IMG/VR virus record: IMGVR_UViG_3300006620_000015
Direction: 5' to 3' (one strand)
Length of the DNA stretch: 64,000 bases
Origin: an uncultured virus (IMG/VR IMGVR_UViG_3300006620_000015)
Lineage: Duplodnaviria > Heunggongvirae > Uroviricota > Caudoviricetes
In this document: positions 9,212-19,523 of the stretch, one piece after another
How positions within the stretch are numbered: position 1 is the stretch's first letter
How the letters are laid out: each line of letters begins with the position of its first letter
Position numbers and translations under genes: made by a program
Notes under the pieces: model-generated
Told to the model about the DNA's origin: nothing
What the model saw: only the letters and a program-made list of their open reading frames with translations
Databases searched by the model: none

Positions 9212-10597
9212 TCAATTAAATTTAAAATCAGTAAATTTTGCTGTGGGTTGTTGAGACTTTGCTATTTCTTCAAAGTCATATTGCTCTTGCCCTGAGTCAA
9301 CAATGTCAACTTGGGCAGAGTCCTCTACATCATACAACCTCATCTTCGCTCTGTCAATACCCACTACGAATCTCTTGAAGAGGTTGATGTCGTTATAGCG
9401 GTTCTTGAGTTGCTTGACCATGATTTGGTTGATATTTTCAAGCTCTTCTGTAGAGATAAGAGCAAACATGAGGTCCGCAGTAGCAGGAAGTCCAAAAGAC
9501 TCAGAGGTATCAGTAAGATCAACATCGCTAGAGCCATAACCAGAGCGAGTAGTCTGAGTGGCGCTAACAATAGGGAGATCAAACTCAACAGCAAGACCTC
9601 TAAGTTCTTCCGCAATGGCTTTGACATAGGTATAAGAGTTAACTAGTGCTCCTTTGTAGCGAGATGATGCACAGATGTTGAGGTAATCAATAAAGATGAT
9701 GTCTGGTTTAAAACTCTTCTTAAGCGATAGGTCATTGAGAAGTGCTTTAAAGTGTCCAGAGTGTGCAGATGCTGTTGGATATTCTTTAATGATAAGTTTG
9801 CCATTAGTCTTCTGTGCGAGACGGGTAACTTTAGATTCAAACAGTTGCTCAGGCAGATCCTCAATGTCCTTAATATTTACGTTAAGAAGATTCGCGTCAA
9901 TGCGTTCAGCGATCTTCTCTTCTGCCATCTCCAGTGTGATGTAGAGGACATTTTTACCCTGAAGTAACGACGCAGCGGCCATGTGACACATAAACAGTGA
10001 TTTGCCCACCCCAGTGCCAGCAAGTGCGACATTGAGAGTTTTGTTAGGAATACCACCCTTCGTAATCTTATTGAAAAGAGAAAGGTCAAAGGGGATTTTA
10101 CTTTCATTTCGGTGATAGAAGTCGAAGCGATCTGCATAATCTTCTATATAGTCGTGACCAATGTGGTCATCAAATGAAACAGCGAGAGCTTCCTGAAGAA
10201 TTGATGGAATCGCATCTTCAGTTCGCTTCTCATCCTGACCATCAGCAATCTTCACACTATCCAGTAGTGCCAAGTAAACTGCACGTTGTTTACACCACTT
10301 CTCGGTAGAATCCAACAACCACTGAGAGTCTACTTCAGTGTTGTCAATGTCATCAATCTTGACCTGCAACTGTTTATAAGAATCTTCATTCAGATCCTTA
10401 CGATTGTCAACCTCAATACTAAGAACTTCTTTAGTAGGAGTTTGACCATAGGTCACAACAAAGTTGTTGATGATGTCAAACAGAATCTTATCTGAGTATT
10501 CATTAAAGTATTCTGGTTTGATGTAAGGAATTACCTTACGAACATAAGTATCATCACTAACTAAGTTCTTGATGATAGTGCTTTCAATTGCTTCCAT
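9212..10597 (-). CDS. gp41: Replicative DNA helicase (T4 gp41)
   Basis: Walker A AGTGVGKS, TLEMAEE, IFIDYLNI, SATQTTR, SESFGLPATAD, LKNRY. Confidence 0.97.
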   Translation of the reverse strand: MEAIESTIIKNLVSDDTYVRKVIPYIKPEYFNEYSDKILFDIINNFVVTYGQTPTKEVLSIEVDNRKDLNEDSYKQLQVKIDDIDNTEVDSQWLLDSTEKWCKQRAVYLALLDSVKIADGQDEKRTEDAIPSILQEALAVSFDDHIGHDYIEDYADRFDFYHRNESKIPFDLSLFNKITKGGIPNKTLNVALAGTGVGKSLFMCHMAAASLLQGKNVLYITLEMAEEKIAERIDANLLNVNIKDIEDLPEQLFESKVTRLAQKTNGKLIIKEYPTASAHSGHFKALLNDLSLKKSFKPDIIFIDYLNICASSRYKGALVNSYTYVKAIAEELRGLAVEFDLPIVSATQTTRSGYGSSDVDLTDTSESFGLPATADLMFALISTEELENINQIMVKQLKNRYNDINLFKRFVVGIDRAKMRLYDVEDSAQVDIVDSGQEQYDFEEIAKSQQPTAKFTDFKFN

Positions 10598-11610
10598 TAA
10601 GATCCATAACTAAATTCTTTCTTTGCAGCTTCATCAAGTGCCTGCATTATTTCTTCTGTGAAATACTTCTCGGGATCAGAAAGTATAACAGAAGGATAAA
10701 CGGAAGATTCCCCAACAACAATCCGATTGCCCCTCCGCTGGAAGACTCCGTACTTCTCACCCAGTTCCAGTAATCCGTAGTACTTGTCAAGACCTCGCTC
10801 GTCATAAAATAATCGAGTCTCAATTTTAGAGTTCTCCTTTGTGAAACGAGACTTCTTTGCCTCGCATTTAATAATGTTACCAACCACGTCCTTACCATCC
10901 TTCTCCTTCTTTTTGGAAAGGAATAGAATACTAGAAGCAGCATACTTCAGACCAGTGCCGCCACCCATCTCCTTAGTAGGAACATAGGCACCAACAACTT
11001 CGTAAGTGTGATTAGTAACAATCAGAGGAATACCTGCCTGACCCAGTTTCAGTGATAAGATTCTAAAGATAGACTTAATCACCTGAGCACGGGTCATGTC
11101 ACGGGTCTCCTTGCCATCAGATGCATCCTGCACTTCTTTAGAAGTGGACAGCATACCCAGAGAGTCTAGCACAAACATCATCGGAGGACGATCCTCCTTT
11201 TTGAAACTCATATACTCATCAACAATCTTGATTGCCTGAGTTCTAAATTCCTGAACTGTAGTAACAGGAACAAGACCAACATTCTTGGTACGAATGCCAC
11301 GGGATGTCATCATGTCCTTAGAAATGGCAGACTCAGTTTCAAAGTATGCAACTTCACCATTAGGATTTTGATCTAGGAAATTCTTTACGATTGAGAGGGC
11401 AAAGAAGGTTTTACCAGTGCTGGATTCTCCTGCAAGGGCAGTGATTTTATTTTGTGGGAGACCACCAAAAATGCTACCGCTGATAAGAGCGTTGAGGATA
11501 TAAGAACCAGTGTCCACGAACGAACTACAATCCCCTGCGGAGACGCCTTCATCAACGATTGACGCAAATTCATTGTCTAACTCCTTGATAACTTTGTTAA
11601 GAAAACTCAT
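10597..11610 (-). CDS. uvsX: UvsX RecA-like recombinase
   Basis: [31 protein letters not shown]. Confidence 0.97.
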   Translation of the reverse strand: MSFLNKVIKELDNEFASIVDEGVSAGDCSSFVDTGSYILNALISGSIFGGLPQNKITALAGESSTGKTFFALSIVKNFLDQNPNGEVAYFETESAISKDMMTSRGIRTKNVGLVPVTTVQEFRTQAIKIVDEYMSFKKEDRPPMMFVLDSLGMLSTSKEVQDASDGKETRDMTRAQVIKSIFRILSLKLGQAGIPLIVTNHTYEVVGAYVPTKEMGGGTGLKYAASSILFLSKKKEKDGKDVVGNIIKCEAKKSRFTKENSKIETRLFYDERGLDKYYGLLELGEKYGVFQRRGNRIVVGESSVYPSVILSDPEKYFTEEIMQALDEAAKKEFSYGS

Positions 11611-11612
11611 AA

Positions 11613-14105
11613 TTAAAAGAAACTACTTAGTGAACCAGTGCGTTCATGCTTCCAACCAATACAGTCTAGCACATTTTTGAGAGGTTCCAAGAAAGACTTC
11701 TCAAACTGCAGGTTATGATCAATGTATTTGTCCAAACCAAATTCTTTTGGAAGCGTATTGAAGAATGAGATAACGTTCTCCCCAATCGGATTGGGTTTCT
11801 TCAGGTAGATGAATTTGATTTTTTCTCCTTCTTGAATAAGAGGAAACTTATTAGCAATCTTATGCTTTCCGATATAGTGATTATACAGTAATGAACCTCG
11901 GACAGCAATAGGCGTACCCTTCTTATAAATTTCAGAGTAACTTCTGTAATTGCCAAGGTTATTGCATCCTCTCGGGAATGCAATATCTAGGTAACTTTGC
12001 TTCCTGGTATCTGATTTAATTTGAGAAATGTAATCAATCATGTCATCATTGTTACCTTCAATCATAATCTTATATGCCTTAAGAAGTTTATCCTTAAAGT
12101 ATGCGGGAGTAGAAGAACGTTGAGTCTCAAGTCCCATGATCTTCATCTTCGGTTCTTTATAGCGAACACCCTCACTATCCCACACGTTGAGAATGTATCG
12201 CTTCTTAGCAGTCCAGATGCCACGGTTAGCGATGTTCTCCCGCTTCATGACCATCTTCTGCTGATAAGCATTTACATACTCTGCCAGTTCTTGGTAGCAA
12301 CTTTCAATATAAGTTTCAAGTTCCACCTTACAGATCTTATCAAGGAAATTGACAACCTTCTCATCAGACGGCGTTCCTCCTTTGAATACATTCTTGACCA
12401 GATCACCCAGATCAAGATAGATGGAATCAGTATCCACAGCAATAACATAATCTTTATCACCCGATTTCAAAATTTTATTGAGGTACTCATTCATCTTATT
12501 TTCAATCCAACGGATTGACAACTGTCCTGACAGAGTGATTGCCTCAGCATTCTCCAGTCGGAAGTACCTGAAGTATTCGTTACCAATAGCACCATAGGCA
12601 GAGTTCAGTTGAATCTTCCGTGCCATCTGGATGTTATTGAACTTGGCAATATCCTTAATGAGTTTAGGATCTTTAGTATTCTCATACTCTTGCTTCGCCT
12701 TGAGCATCTTCTTCTTGTAGATAGTACGCTCAGTGTAAATTTTCTCCATCAACTTAGGAAGGAATCCCTGCTTCTCTGTAGTGAACAGAGTGCCATTGGG
12801 GCAGATAGTAACGCCCTCAAGGGTGCTTGTATCAATCTCACGGTTGAGTAGTTTATCCACGTTGATGCCGCTTACACGGTCATCTAGGAGGGTCTCAGGA
12901 GAGATATTGTACTGCATAATGAGGTGCGGGTACAGAGAGTTAAGGTCAAAGTTAACCACCCAATCATAAATGCCAGGTTTGGGTTCTTTCACATAAGCAC
13001 CAGCATACTGCTGATCCTTTGTACTATCAGTCTTCGGGGGAATAATAATATTTTCCTGCGTCAATGCATCATAGATAATGCTGTCCCACATACGGACTTG
13101 GTAGAACACATCCTCAAAGTTAACCTTCGCGTCATACGCCATGGTGACAGCAAGTTCAATCAACTTCATCTTGTCTTCCAACATGTCCACAAGTTCTACG
13201 TCATGGATGTTGTACTCAATAAACTTCTGCCAGTTGTTGCGATAGAAATCCTGGAAGTTTTCAAACTCACTGTGATCCAACTTCTGCTGACCGAGTTCAA
13301 CAAAAGCAATATGATCTAGACGATATGATTCTTGATTGGTGTAAGTAAACTTCTGGTACAAATCATAGTAATCCAGAGTTGCCACGCCGATGATATCATA
13401 ATAAATTTTCTTCTGTCCACGAACATGCAGTTCACGCTCACGAACAGAGTTCCATGGAGACAATCCACGCATATGCTTCATGCTGAGCACACGATCCATG
13501 CGGCGACAAATGAATGGAATATCAAAGAACTTAACGTTCCATCCAGTCACAACATCAGGAGTCTTCTGAACCCAATACTCCTGAAACTTTGTCAGAAGTT
13601 CCCGCTCATGCTGACAGTAAATATAATGAACATCATCGCGTGAGTTTTCAAACTCACCACAACCCCAGGTAATGATCTTCTTACTAGTAAAATCTTTAAC
13701 AGTGATACATAGAATTTCTTCCCGTGCTTCTTCAACATTAGGGAATCCATTCTCTGATGTAGTCTCAATATCAAGCGACATGATATTAAGTTGACTAAAA
13801 TCATAGTCAACTTCCTTCGGATACTTACCTAGAATATATTGGTACAAGTATTTTGTATTGCCGTAAATACTAAAATTATCTACATTCTCATAAGTTTGCA
13901 CAAATTCCTTTGCTTCTTTGATGCTACCAAGTTTAACAGGTTCTACAAAGTTGCCTTCCAAGGTTTTAAACTTGGTTTCTTTTTTAGCAGGAACATAAAG
14001 TGTGGGAGAAAATTCTTCCCGTCGCTCAACTCGCTCACCTCCATTAAGTCCGCGATACAAAATAGTATCGTTGACAACGGCAACATTAGTATAAAAATCC
14101 ATCAA
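11613..14105 (-). CDS. gp43: Family B DNA polymerase (T4 gp43)
   Basis: DIET exonuclease motif, [27 protein letters not shown]; uninterrupted. Confidence 0.98.
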   Translation of the reverse strand: MMDFYTNVAVVNDTILYRGLNGGERVERREEFSPTLYVPAKKETKFKTLEGNFVEPVKLGSIKEAKEFVQTYENVDNFSIYGNTKYLYQYILGKYPKEVDYDFSQLNIMSLDIETTSENGFPNVEEAREEILCITVKDFTSKKIITWGCGEFENSRDDVHYIYCQHERELLTKFQEYWVQKTPDVVTGWNVKFFDIPFICRRMDRVLSMKHMRGLSPWNSVRERELHVRGQKKIYYDIIGVATLDYYDLYQKFTYTNQESYRLDHIAFVELGQQKLDHSEFENFQDFYRNNWQKFIEYNIHDVELVDMLEDKMKLIELAVTMAYDAKVNFEDVFYQVRMWDSIIYDALTQENIIIPPKTDSTKDQQYAGAYVKEPKPGIYDWVVNFDLNSLYPHLIMQYNISPETLLDDRVSGINVDKLLNREIDTSTLEGVTICPNGTLFTTEKQGFLPKLMEKIYTERTIYKKKMLKAKQEYENTKDPKLIKDIAKFNNIQMARKIQLNSAYGAIGNEYFRYFRLENAEAITLSGQLSIRWIENKMNEYLNKILKSGDKDYVIAVDTDSIYLDLGDLVKNVFKGGTPSDEKVVNFLDKICKVELETYIESCYQELAEYVNAYQQKMVMKRENIANRGIWTAKKRYILNVWDSEGVRYKEPKMKIMGLETQRSSTPAYFKDKLLKAYKIMIEGNNDDMIDYISQIKSDTRKQSYLDIAFPRGCNNLGNYRSYSEIYKKGTPIAVRGSLLYNHYIGKHKIANKFPLIQEGEKIKFIYLKKPNPIGENVISFFNTLPKEFGLDKYIDHNLQFEKSFLEPLKNVLDCIGWKHERTGSLSSFF

Positions 14106-14356
14106 GCAGTAGCATCACGATACAATTGTAGCAGACTATCCATCGGATCAACGATGGTCAGAATATCAGAAGATCTAATAGGAATCTGTTTCTGATAACT
14201 CATGGGAATAAAGTTCTCAAGTTTCCACTCTGGTGCAAACCCAAGAATGCGTTTGGGATTGATAAGAATACAATCAGTATCCTCATCGGGGCGTTCATCA
14301 ATCTCCGAGATCAGGTACTGACCCGTTTTCAAGAACAACACTTTCACTGTCATCAC
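14102..14356 (-). CDS. Small Sm-like-fold hypothetical protein
   Basis: VKVLFLKTGQYLISEI...LINP...FIPMS pattern shared with paralogues in window. Confidence 0.7.
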   Translation of the reverse strand: MMTVKVLFLKTGQYLISEIDERPDEDTDCILINPKRILGFAPEWKLENFIPMSYQKQIPIRSSDILTIVDPMDSLLQLYRDATA

Positions 14357-14660
14357 GAACTCCTACGTTTTGAATGTAACTTTCTTTAATATTATCCTGT
14401 GGTTCACATACTGTGACAATCCAATCCTCTTTTACAAGGTATTCTTCAGACTTTGACGTTGCCAACCAAGGAACAAAACTCAAAACACTGTCTGAAGGTT
14501 GACTAGAACCCTCAGACAAAACTGCTTGCTCCACCACAGTAACACGAACTGGTTTAATAAAGACTGTTGCAATTGACTCTTGAGTGTCACGATCAACGAT
14601 CTCACGAATATCGGTCAACAGTTCTTCTCCAGATTTGAGAAGGACAAGTTGTACTGCCAT
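14298..14660 (-). CDS. Sm-like-fold hypothetical protein
   Basis: VQLVLLKSGEELLTDI...KP...FVPWL...WIVTVCEP; SD AGGAG upstream. Confidence 0.8.
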   Translation of the reverse strand: MAVQLVLLKSGEELLTDIREIVDRDTQESIATVFIKPVRVTVVEQAVLSEGSSQPSDSVLSFVPWLATSKSEEYLVKEDWIVTVCEPQDNIKESYIQNVGVRDDSESVVLENGSVPDLGD

Positions 14661-14681
14661 AACTCCTATAATTCAACCCAC

Positions 14682-14710
14682 ATCATAGCATGTGGTCAGT
14701 CAATTGACAA
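14682..14710 (-). promoter_or_regulatory. sigma70-type promoter for the gp43 operon
   Basis: TTGTCA-17 nt-TATGAT with TG extension. Confidence 0.7.
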
Positions 14711-15406
14711 GCTGGTGTCCTTAAGGTTCCTCAGGTGCTCAGACATCTTATCTAGGTATCCACGATTACGGAGTTCCTTGAATACAAGATTCTCTACAGC
14801 AAACTCTCCTCCGCGTTGGATAGCAGATGCTCTCATGTCACGCAGTTTATCTTTAAGTTTCTCAAATGCAGCACGATCATCTGCTCTGTTATCAATCAGG
14901 AAATCAATCTTCTCCATGTAGTGCATTACCTTCTTGGCAATGTTAGGATCTGCAAGATTTACATCCTGATATGTAGGACGACGCAACCACAGACTATTCA
15001 CCAAGGAGAAAACTCCCTGACCCGAAGGGGCGGAATCTCTTCTATCTTGGGCATAGAGTTCAACGTCGTGTCCATAAATCTGAATATCATGGGTGAGAGC
15101 CCATAATTGTTTCTTGTCTCGTAAGTAATCATCAATGAGATCAGGACAATCGGCAATATCTTCCTTGGAAACAATAAGATGCAAGTCCAAGTCAGAATAC
15201 TTAGTATAGTTGTAATTGGCATTTCCACCTACCAGAACGACATCAATAATAGCAAGGGATGGAATGTTCGCAAACTCTGCCCACTCTTCAGCGATACGAA
15301 TCAAACCCTCACGAACCTCGGGTTTCATTGATTCGCCAACCCAGAACTTAGAATTTAACTGAGTATTATAGCGAAGGGTAAGTTTTAAATCCCTATATGT
15401 TTTCAT
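14696..15406 (-). CDS. Pol-beta superfamily nucleotidyltransferase
   Basis: LVGGNANYNYTKYSDLDLH (hG[GS]x9DxDh) plus third acid in HDVELY; perfect TATAAATA at 15425-15432. Confidence 0.85.
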   Translation of the reverse strand: MKTYRDLKLTLRYNTQLNSKFWVGESMKPEVREGLIRIAEEWAEFANIPSLAIIDVVLVGGNANYNYTKYSDLDLHLIVSKEDIADCPDLIDDYLRDKKQLWALTHDIQIYGHDVELYAQDRRDSAPSGQGVFSLVNSLWLRRPTYQDVNLADPNIAKKVMHYMEKIDFLIDNRADDRAAFEKLKDKLRDMRASAIQRGGEFAVENLVFKELRNRGYLDKMSEHLRNLKDTSLSID

Positions 15407-15438
15407 CAGGACAGAGTTTATTTGTATTTATAAACAAG

Positions 15439-15490
15439 AAAAAAGAGGGTATCCTGACTGTGACCAGGACCCTCTGCGGCGACGATATTC
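15439..15490 (-). ncRNA. Candidate late small RNA or hsp20 3' terminator element
   Basis: ATAAATA over the hsp20 stop, then AATATCGTCGCCGCA, hairpin GAGGGTCCTG..CAGGATACCCTC and TTTTTT. Confidence 0.4.
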
Positions 15491-15498
15491 AATTATAT

Positions 15499-15939
15499 TT
15501 ATTCACCAGTCAACTCGTAAGTTTTTTTCTTCTGGTGGTCAGGAATAATTCGCCTTAGTCTAATCGTAAGGAGACCATTGGTAAGGTCAACACTTTGGAC
15601 TTCTACATCATCAGCAATAGTTCTACTCCAAGTAAATGCGCGTCGTGCAATTCCTCTCTGTAGATACTCATGATCAGGATCTGAATCTCCAGGTTTTGTA
15701 CACTGTACGAATAATTTATTAGATTCAGTTTCAACTTTAATATCTTCTTTACTATAACCAGCAAGTGCTAGTTCTAGTCTGAAGTCAATGCTAGTTTCTT
15801 TAACAAGATTATGAGGTGGATAGTTTGCATCTGACTCATGCACTGAGGCAAATCTACGAATCCATTCATCCATACCAATACCAAACCTTGACGCATCATT
15901 CAATAGCGCATCAATGTCCGCGATGTTGTACTTGACCAT
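15499..15939 (-). CDS. hsp20: Small heat shock protein
   Basis: NYPPHN, LELALAG, YLQRGIARRAF, NGLLTI alpha-crystallin motifs. Confidence 0.95.
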   Translation of the reverse strand: MVKYNIADIDALLNDASRFGIGMDEWIRRFASVHESDANYPPHNLVKETSIDFRLELALAGYSKEDIKVETESNKLFVQCTKPGDSDPDHEYLQRGIARRAFTWSRTIADDVEVQSVDLTNGLLTIRLRRIIPDHQKKKTYELTGE

Positions 15940-15992
15940 CTGTAGTTCTCCTTAAATAAGCGAGTGACGTTTTGTGGACCCCGAAGGCATCC
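15940..15992 (-). promoter_or_regulatory. Structured hsp20 5' UTR, ROSE-like RNA thermometer candidate
   Basis: Hairpin GGATGCC-TTCG-GGGTCC, then CTCGCTT-ATTT-AAGGAG pairing over the SD with a bulged G (U(U/C)GCU motif). Confidence 0.6.
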
Positions 15993-16040
15993 TATATAAT
16001 TTATAATACCAACACTGAAATTACCAGTAGTGATAACCGT

Positions 16041-16880
16041 ATGAATTTATTATCTGATTATAGAATCGTCAATGGTGATACGATTCAAAAAGTATTTGAA
16101 ATCTCAGAAGCAGCGGAAGAATCAGTTCATTATGTAGAGAAAGCTGGTTTAAAGTATGGCATAATTAAAAACTTCTATAAAGATCCATCCGCAGTTAAAA
16201 ATTTTATCCAGGAAAACTTTACCATATTTGGTAGTCCAATATCAAATTCTCCTGGTTTACAATTATATTTCGATATACACTTCAACAAACATTTATCTCA
16301 TGTCATGAAATACTTTCATGACATTTTGGCAAAGCGTTACTTTCCAACAAATCCAACAAAAGAATATGGACTTCCTATGTGGGAAAGTTATTTTAATTTT
16401 TACTGGAAAGATATGCCTGCTATGAAACAAAATATCATTCCTCATGCAGACGATTTTTGTTATGCTTTCAACTGCTGGATCACTAAAGATATCCCCGAAG
16501 GAACTGATTTCTATACTTATAGTTGGAATGGTCATGCACCAGTTCATACGATCAGTGAATTCAGAAGTGTTAATAATAGAGAATTCTCTACTTTCCGCAG
16601 ATCATTGGACTCTGATCATGAGACACGTTCAACGGAAATTGAATGGGACACAGAAAAACATTTAGATCCAGAAGTCTGGAATAAGTATCACACAATTAAA
16701 CCAGAATATAATACTGTAACTTATTATCCTGGAATGTTCTTTCACATGCCTTCGATTTCTCCATCTTATGAAGAAAATTTTTTAAGAATGTCACAAGTAT
16801 ACACTTACCAGTTTTTACCTCCAGATGAGTTTGCGAGAGCATATAAAAGATTTAGAGTAAGTAAGCACTGGGAAAAATAA
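16041..16880 (+). CDS. DUF6445-like 2OG-Fe(II) oxygenase-fold protein
   Basis: IIKNFYKDP, PHAD (HxD), EYNTVTYYPGMFFH, distal R; probable ATG at 16041. Confidence 0.75.
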   Translation: MNLLSDYRIVNGDTIQKVFEISEAAEESVHYVEKAGLKYGIIKNFYKDPSAVKNFIQENFTIFGSPISNSPGLQLYFDIHFNKHLSHVMKYFHDILAKRYFPTNPTKEYGLPMWESYFNFYWKDMPAMKQNIIPHADDFCYAFNCWITKDIPEGTDFYTYSWNGHAPVHTISEFRSVNNREFSTFRRSLDSDHETRSTEIEWDTEKHLDPEVWNKYHTIKPEYNTVTYYPGMFFHMPSISPSYEENFLRMSQVYTYQFLPPDEFARAYKRFRVSKHWEK

Positions 16881-16881
16881 G

Positions 16882-16947
16882 AAAAAAAAAGACCCCTTGC
16901 GGGGTCACGGGTGTTCCGATTGTAGAGTGTGCCGCACGAAAAGCACA
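16882..16947 (-). ncRNA. Candidate late small RNA downstream of regA, ending in an intrinsic terminator
   Basis: ATAAATAA over the regA stop, 5' hairpin GTGCT..GGCAC, spacer, GACCCC-GCAA-GGGGTC-T9; no ORF. Confidence 0.45.
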
Positions 16948-16954
16948 GAATTAT

Positions 16955-17395
16955 TTATGACTCGGTAGTAGTAACTACTTTCTTTTTACCGATGTTATAC
17001 TTTGCTTCCAATGTCCATTCAGACTTCTCCTTGTAAGCGATAACCTTAATCTGATTGAGAGGGGATACATCTACAATCACCTCAGGTTTAACTACAGCAA
17101 TCAGTTCCCAGTCAACCAAAAGTTGAGTAATACGATTACGACGCTGAACATCATTCAACGTGAGGTTAGCACGTTTACCATCAAGGGCAAACAGTTCTTT
17201 GAAATGGACAATATAGTATCGTCCCTGCTTATGAAGAATGTGGCAGGATTGATACAGTTTCTTTTCCTTGCGAGATGCAACACCGATTCTGGTCAGCGTC
17301 TCACGGACTTTAAGGAAATCATCAGGTTCGCTCAAAGTAACTTCCACCATATCATGGGGATCCCAAGTTACTTCAATATCAGTGGATGTAGTCAT
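16955..17395 (-). CDS. regA: Translational repressor RegA
   Basis: PDDFLKVRETLTRIGVAS...LYQSCHILHKQGRYYIVHFKELFALDG. Confidence 0.97.
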   Translation of the reverse strand: MTTSTDIEVTWDPHDMVEVTLSEPDDFLKVRETLTRIGVASRKEKKLYQSCHILHKQGRYYIVHFKELFALDGKRANLTLNDVQRRNRITQLLVDWELIAVVKPEVIVDVSPLNQIKVIAYKEKSEWTLEAKYNIGKKKVVTTTES

Positions 17396-17775
17396 TGTTT
17401 ACCGCCTTTAGTCAATTTTTGTTTAATAGAACTCAGTTGGGTATCGGAAAGAATACTAAGAGCGGACTTAGCTTTCTCGTTACTATATCCATAGTAAGAT
17501 TTCACTGCATCCAAATCATCAATTTGTTCCTTCTTCAACCACGGAGAGAATCTCCGTTTTGGTCTGACAATATTTAGTAAAAATTCATATTGTAGTTTTT
17601 TAGACAGATGGTGATTGATATTCATTTCATTCGCCACCATAATAGTATCTATAAAACCAGACAAACAACGGTTTACGATGTAAGGAGGATACTGATTTTT
17701 ATTCTCATCACTCATGATATTTTGTTTCTCATGATTGATAGAATTCAACCAGTGTTTTAGTTCAGTCTTCGCCAT
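17392..17775 (-). CDS. gp62: Clamp loader small subunit (T4 gp62)
   Basis: WLNSIN..K, YPPYIVNRCLS, ANEMN, YYGYSNEKA; start MAKTELK. Confidence 0.92.
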   Translation of the reverse strand: MAKTELKHWLNSINHEKQNIMSDENKNQYPPYIVNRCLSGFIDTIMVANEMNINHHLSKKLQYEFLLNIVRPKRRFSPWLKKEQIDDLDAVKSYYGYSNEKAKSALSILSDTQLSSIKQKLTKGGKQ

Positions 17776-17959
17776 CAATTTTAAAGTTGTACTCAAGGAT
17801 AACGCGGTAGAAGAAATCATTCAAGGCATTCAGTTGTACCTTTTCATCTTCATCTTCAAAGTGCCAGTTCTCTAGACGATACTTTACTGATGTCAGAATC
17901 TGGCGACAGTCTTCAATATCAAGTTCTAGTTCAACGTATGGGATGTTATCTTCATTCAT
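17762..17959 (-). CDS. Small hypothetical protein (paralogue of 37766-37951)
   Basis: ELDI..R.I......W...D..E...L.A..D.FYR.ILE pattern; ATGA overlap with upstream gene. Confidence 0.7.
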   Translation of the reverse strand: MNEDNIPYVELELDIEDCRQILTSVKYRLENWHFEDEDEKVQLNALNDFFYRVILEYNFKIDGED

Positions 17960-18552
17960 GGTTTTAAAGTATACCATTGATCATCATTAAATCCAGACAT
18001 CATTCGACTATGAACATCCATTGCAATAGAGATTCTAACATCATCAGTGTTATTAGGAGGAACCCAGTGATAAACATTAGAAGAAAATAGCATCAATTCT
18101 CCTGGATTATTTTCATGTTTCTGTCCCTCGAACCATGTGCCGAGACCAGGGGGACCTCCAATAAAAAGATTCACACAAGTCCAATCTTTAGGAGTACTGA
18201 AAGAAACCATAGGATCGCGATGCTTATGTTTGGCAATTCCTTCTCCTTTACGAAAAGTATTTGCCCAACACTGAACAAAACCTTTACCACCAAAAACAAT
18301 TCTTATTTTCGGAATAATAATTTTACCCACAACTTCATCATTCAACCAATTGAAGCACCAATCGCGACCAGTCAAAGAATCTTTTTGCGTCAATTTTTCC
18401 TTGCCGTTCGTGATACCTGGATTATCAAAACGATTCTCGCCAAGTGATTTTACATAATTTTCCTGCTTCAAAATTCTTTCGTAAATTATATTAGATTGTT
18501 CCGAACTCAGAAAATTAGGAATTTTAAGTAATTCAAAATCAGTCTTATTCAT
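17956..18552 (-). CDS. Putative 2OG-Fe(II) oxygenase (TIGR02466-like)
   Basis: WANTF...KHKH, PGELMLFSSNVYHWV, RISIA. Confidence 0.75.
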   Translation of the reverse strand: MNKTDFELLKIPNFLSSEQSNIIYERILKQENYVKSLGENRFDNPGITNGKEKLTQKDSLTGRDWCFNWLNDEVVGKIIIPKIRIVFGGKGFVQCWANTFRKGEGIAKHKHRDPMVSFSTPKDWTCVNLFIGGPPGLGTWFEGQKHENNPGELMLFSSNVYHWVPPNNTDDVRISIAMDVHSRMMSGFNDDQWYTLKP

Positions 18553-19375
18553 AATTAGTCAGTAGTAATTCAGCACGGTCTTTCTGTTCATTCATATAAT
18601 CGCCTGTAGAGCGCATTGTATACGTCAGGTCATAACTACATGCCAACCAGTCTTTAAAGCGATCCTTGACCATCTGAGTGGAGTTATAGGAAATCATTTG
18701 ACGAGCAACGTAGCGGTCGCAGTCAAGAGCAAACTGATCATGATCAAACCGCTTATGAAGATCTCCCTTCTTGCCATAGAGGTTATCTTTAATGTCATAT
18801 GGAGGATCATGATAGATGAAAGTACTCTTATCATCAGTAAACAGTCCTTCATATGACCAGTTAGTAATCTTCCAGTTTCTAATTATTTGAGTGTATCCAG
18901 GGAGTTTACTAATTCCAAGCATCGAGAAATTGCTATCTGACGCTTGCTTGGAGAAGGAGCTGGACTCAGTGAGACCAGAAAAAGAGCACTTGTTAATAAC
19001 GTAGAAACTACAAGCGCGAAATAAAGGGGAAATGGAATAGTCATTGACAAGCTCCTTTGCTTCTAAAAATAATCCTTTTGCTGATGCTTGGTCTGGATAC
19101 CTAGACTTAAGTTCCTGCAGACGCTTGTACATCTTGTGCCCATCGTCCTGCAATACTCTCCAGAAATTATACAGTGGTTCATACAAATCGTTGACCCACA
19201 CAGGAGTATCTGGATTCTCCTTACTGAATGCGATAGCAACGCTACCACCACCAAGGAATGTCTCACGATATTCTTTAATATCCTGAGGAAATCTTGGAAG
19301 AAGATATTTGGTGGCGCGAGATTTACCACCAGGATATCTAAGCGGCGTCTTGAGAGACTTCATAGTTTGGTTCAT
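18545..19375 (-). CDS. dam: DNA adenine methyltransferase (Dam/D12 class)
   Basis: LRYPGGKS, FLGGGSV, VNDL, DPPY, MISYN; start may be Met at 19363. Confidence 0.92.
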   Translation of the reverse strand: MNQTMKSLKTPLRYPGGKSRATKYLLPRFPQDIKEYRETFLGGGSVAIAFSKENPDTPVWVNDLYEPLYNFWRVLQDDGHKMYKRLQELKSRYPDQASAKGLFLEAKELVNDYSISPLFRACSFYVINKCSFSGLTESSSFSKQASDSNFSMLGISKLPGYTQIIRNWKITNWSYEGLFTDDKSTFIYHDPPYDIKDNLYGKKGDLHKRFDHDQFALDCDRYVARQMISYNSTQMVKDRFKDWLACSYDLTYTMRSTGDYMNEQKDRAELLLTNYE

Positions 19376-19523
19376 GATATTTAAGGTATTCCCAAAATGT
19401 TAACTTCAATTGCTTAACTGTCATACCACAATGGGCAGCAGCGGCAGGTAGGTTCATAGAAGCATAGAAGAGTGCTTCGTGTGCTTCCTGTACGTTCTGA
19501 GGATTAGTCTTTACTTGCATCAA
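19338..19523 (-). CDS. Small conserved cyanophage hypothetical protein (HTH-like)
   Basis: MNLPAAAAHCGMT...LKLTFWEYLK; coupled to neighbours. Confidence 0.75.
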   Translation of the reverse strand: MMQVKTNPQNVQEAHEALFYASMNLPAAAAHCGMTVKQLKLTFWEYLKYHEPNYEVSQDAA

